A stretch of 63,561 nt of DNA, the filler included, from Collodictyon triciliatum (Eukaryota): assembly GCA_043381765.1 (NCBI GenBank). It is 13 parts of 13 records of this genome, joined end to end, with 100 filler letters (N's around TTAATTAATTAA, not from the genome) between each part and the next. Parts side by side here need not be neighbours in the genome. Positions count along the whole stretch, not along the records: positions 58,895 to 63,561 come from JBHJMP010005864.1; 12 more parts are not named here. One strand, 5' to 3'. The notes beneath the pieces are model-generated. The model was not told the DNA's origin. It worked only from the letters and a program-made list of their open reading frames with translations, and searched no databases. The position numbers and the translations under genes were made by a program. Shown one piece after another: positions 62,187-63,561 of the stretch (within the stretch, counting starts at the first letter, position 1; every line of letters starts with the position of its first letter).

Positions 62187-63311
62187 TCATGGCTGCGACT
62201 GGACGGTTCTGTTGCGTGCAGCACCTGCATAGCCGTTGCAGAGGGCATCGACACGGCGGAGCGCGAGGGGGAAGGCGGGCCCCGCAGCAAGAATGCGCCA
62301 GCGCACCAGACCGCGGGCGAAGTTGTAGAGGGCGGCATCATGGATGTCGTGGATGCCGTGGATGCCGCGGATGTCGGGGGCAGCAGCAGGGCAGAGGGGG
62401 CGGACGGCGGCGTATCCGTAGCGCAGCAGCATGAGGGCGGCGTAGTGGCGCAGGTGCGAGGCGAGGCCGACGACGGGGAAGTCGCGCAGCAGAGTCCTCT
62501 TTGCAAGCTGCACGTGGGCCCAGGACGGCGGGCCGGGCGCCACATCGCAGCCGTGCAGCGCGCGCAGGCAGAGGCGGTGCCCGTGCACGTGGTCCGCAAA
62601 GCCGTCGCCCGACAGCAGGCGCGTCTGCATGGCCGCCGCCGCTGCTGCTGCCCCGTACGCAGGGTCCCGCAGCACCGTGGTGTATGAGCATCCGCCCCCC
62701 AGGAAGCTGCACAGCCCCACCGGCTGCCCAGCGCGTCCACGCCCGCCCACGTACCGTACCCGCGCCCCTTCCTCCACGACCCCCGCGACCAGCGCCTCCG
62801 CATCCATCGCCGCCGCAATGCACGGGCCCCCGCCCTGGCCGCTCCTCTGCAGCTCCGCAACGCCCGTCCACTCCGCCTCCCGCTCCACAAGCCTGCATCC
62901 CGCTTCGTCCACCCAGTTCGCCTCAAGGTACCGCCACACCGCCGCCCCGCCCGCCTCCGGCATCTCCACAAAGACCAGCGGCCCGTCCTGCTCGCTGCGC
63001 CCCGCCCTCCCGCCAGGCGCGCCCCCGCCGTGCTGCTCGATGGCCCGCCGGTCCCACGCAGACAGATTCAGCCCCGCCCACCACTCCGCCCCGCTCATCC
63101 GCTCCTCGTCCCAGTCCTCTTCCTTCTTCGCATCCCCACGGCCGAGAACACTCGCTCCCTCCGGCTTTGCGTGCTTTGCCAGCAGCGTCTCGCAGTCGAC
63201 CCGCGCGTGGGTTTGCAGCAGGTATAGCTGGTGCGACCAGAAGAACGACATCCCGAGGATGAGCACGGCAAGAATGACCAGCAGGTACCGTATCATCGCC
63301 GATAAGGGCAT
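62187..63311 (-). CDS. Type II membrane sulfotransferase-like protein, very GC-rich
   Basis: N-terminal signal anchor; LVFVEMPEAGG (degenerate FxHIPKTAG), YTTVLRDP, AKRTL..FPVVGL, D.ALYNFAR. Confidence 0.6.
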   Translation of the reverse strand: MPLSAMIRYLLVILAVLILGMSFFWSHQLYLLQTHARVDCETLLAKHAKPEGASVLGRGDAKKEEDWDEERMSGAEWWAGLNLSAWDRRAIEQHGGGAPGGRAGRSEQDGPLVFVEMPEAGGAAVWRYLEANWVDEAGCRLVEREAEWTGVAELQRSGQGGGPCIAAAMDAEALVAGVVEEGARVRYVGGRGRAGQPVGLCSFLGGGCSYTTVLRDPAYGAAAAAAAMQTRLLSGDGFADHVHGHRLCLRALHGCDVAPGPPSWAHVQLAKRTLLRDFPVVGLASHLRHYAALMLLRYGYAAVRPLCPAAAPDIRGIHGIHDIHDAALYNFARGLVRWRILAAGPAFPLALRRVDALCNGYAGAARNRTVQSQP

Positions 63312-63375
63312 CTGGGGGGTTGGGCTCCTCCTGTTCCTTTCTCGATGAGTGTGTTTTGCTTTTGTTTGTTTTATC

Positions 63376-63561
63376 TGTGTGTATTTTATGTGTGTATTTT
63401 ATGTGTGTATTTTATGTGTGTATTTTATGTGTGTATTTTATGTGTGTATTTTATGTGTGTATTTTATGTGTGTATTTTATGTGTGTATTTTATGTGTGTA
63501 TTTTATGTGTGTATTTTATGTGTGTATTTTATGTGTGTATTTTATGTGTGTATTTTATGTG
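63376..63561. repeat. 13-bp minisatellite (tgtgtgtatttta)n
   Basis: Direct inspection. Confidence 0.95.

Noticed and set aside
61958-63348. Multiple overlapping long ORFs
   Set aside because: Shadow frames of GC-rich DNA; only 62187-63311 (-) has recognisable motifs.

Overview
This is not one locus. It is 13 short (~4.7 kb) contigs/scaffolds of an AT-rich, intron-rich, microsatellite-rich eukaryote (protist-like; species not identifiable from sequence), joined by artificial 100-nt N spacers that carry TTAATTAATTAA. Host genes seen, mostly partial: an LRR/Cys-rich multi-TM receptor, a CH-like-domain protein, a CaMK-type kinase, a modular LRR gene, a 12-TM adenylyl cyclase, a TKL kinase-SEL1 fusion, MGM101, a DHX40-like helicase, a PPEF/PP7-like phosphatase, a multi-TM protein and a sulfotransferase-like protein. 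The most interesting content is largely invisible in the ORF track. (1) A decayed Fanzor1-type (TnpB-family) nuclease gene, 2243-3020 (-), followed by a nested-stem, pseudoknot-capable segment that looks like its omegaRNA scaffold (2075-2186). (2) A pseudogenised Polinton-like-virus/virophage-type endogenous element (A32-like packaging ATPase, PrimPol-SF3 helicase) filling contig 4, plus a probable viral terminus ending in a perfect 42-bp palindrome in contig 1. (3) Two non-LTR retrotransposon families that leave ultra-short (22-62 bp) TSD-flanked 3'-tail insertions on several contigs. (4) A CpG-rich 54-bp tandem array that grades out of a ~270-bp repeat. All homology calls come from motif recognition by eye; no database searches were run.
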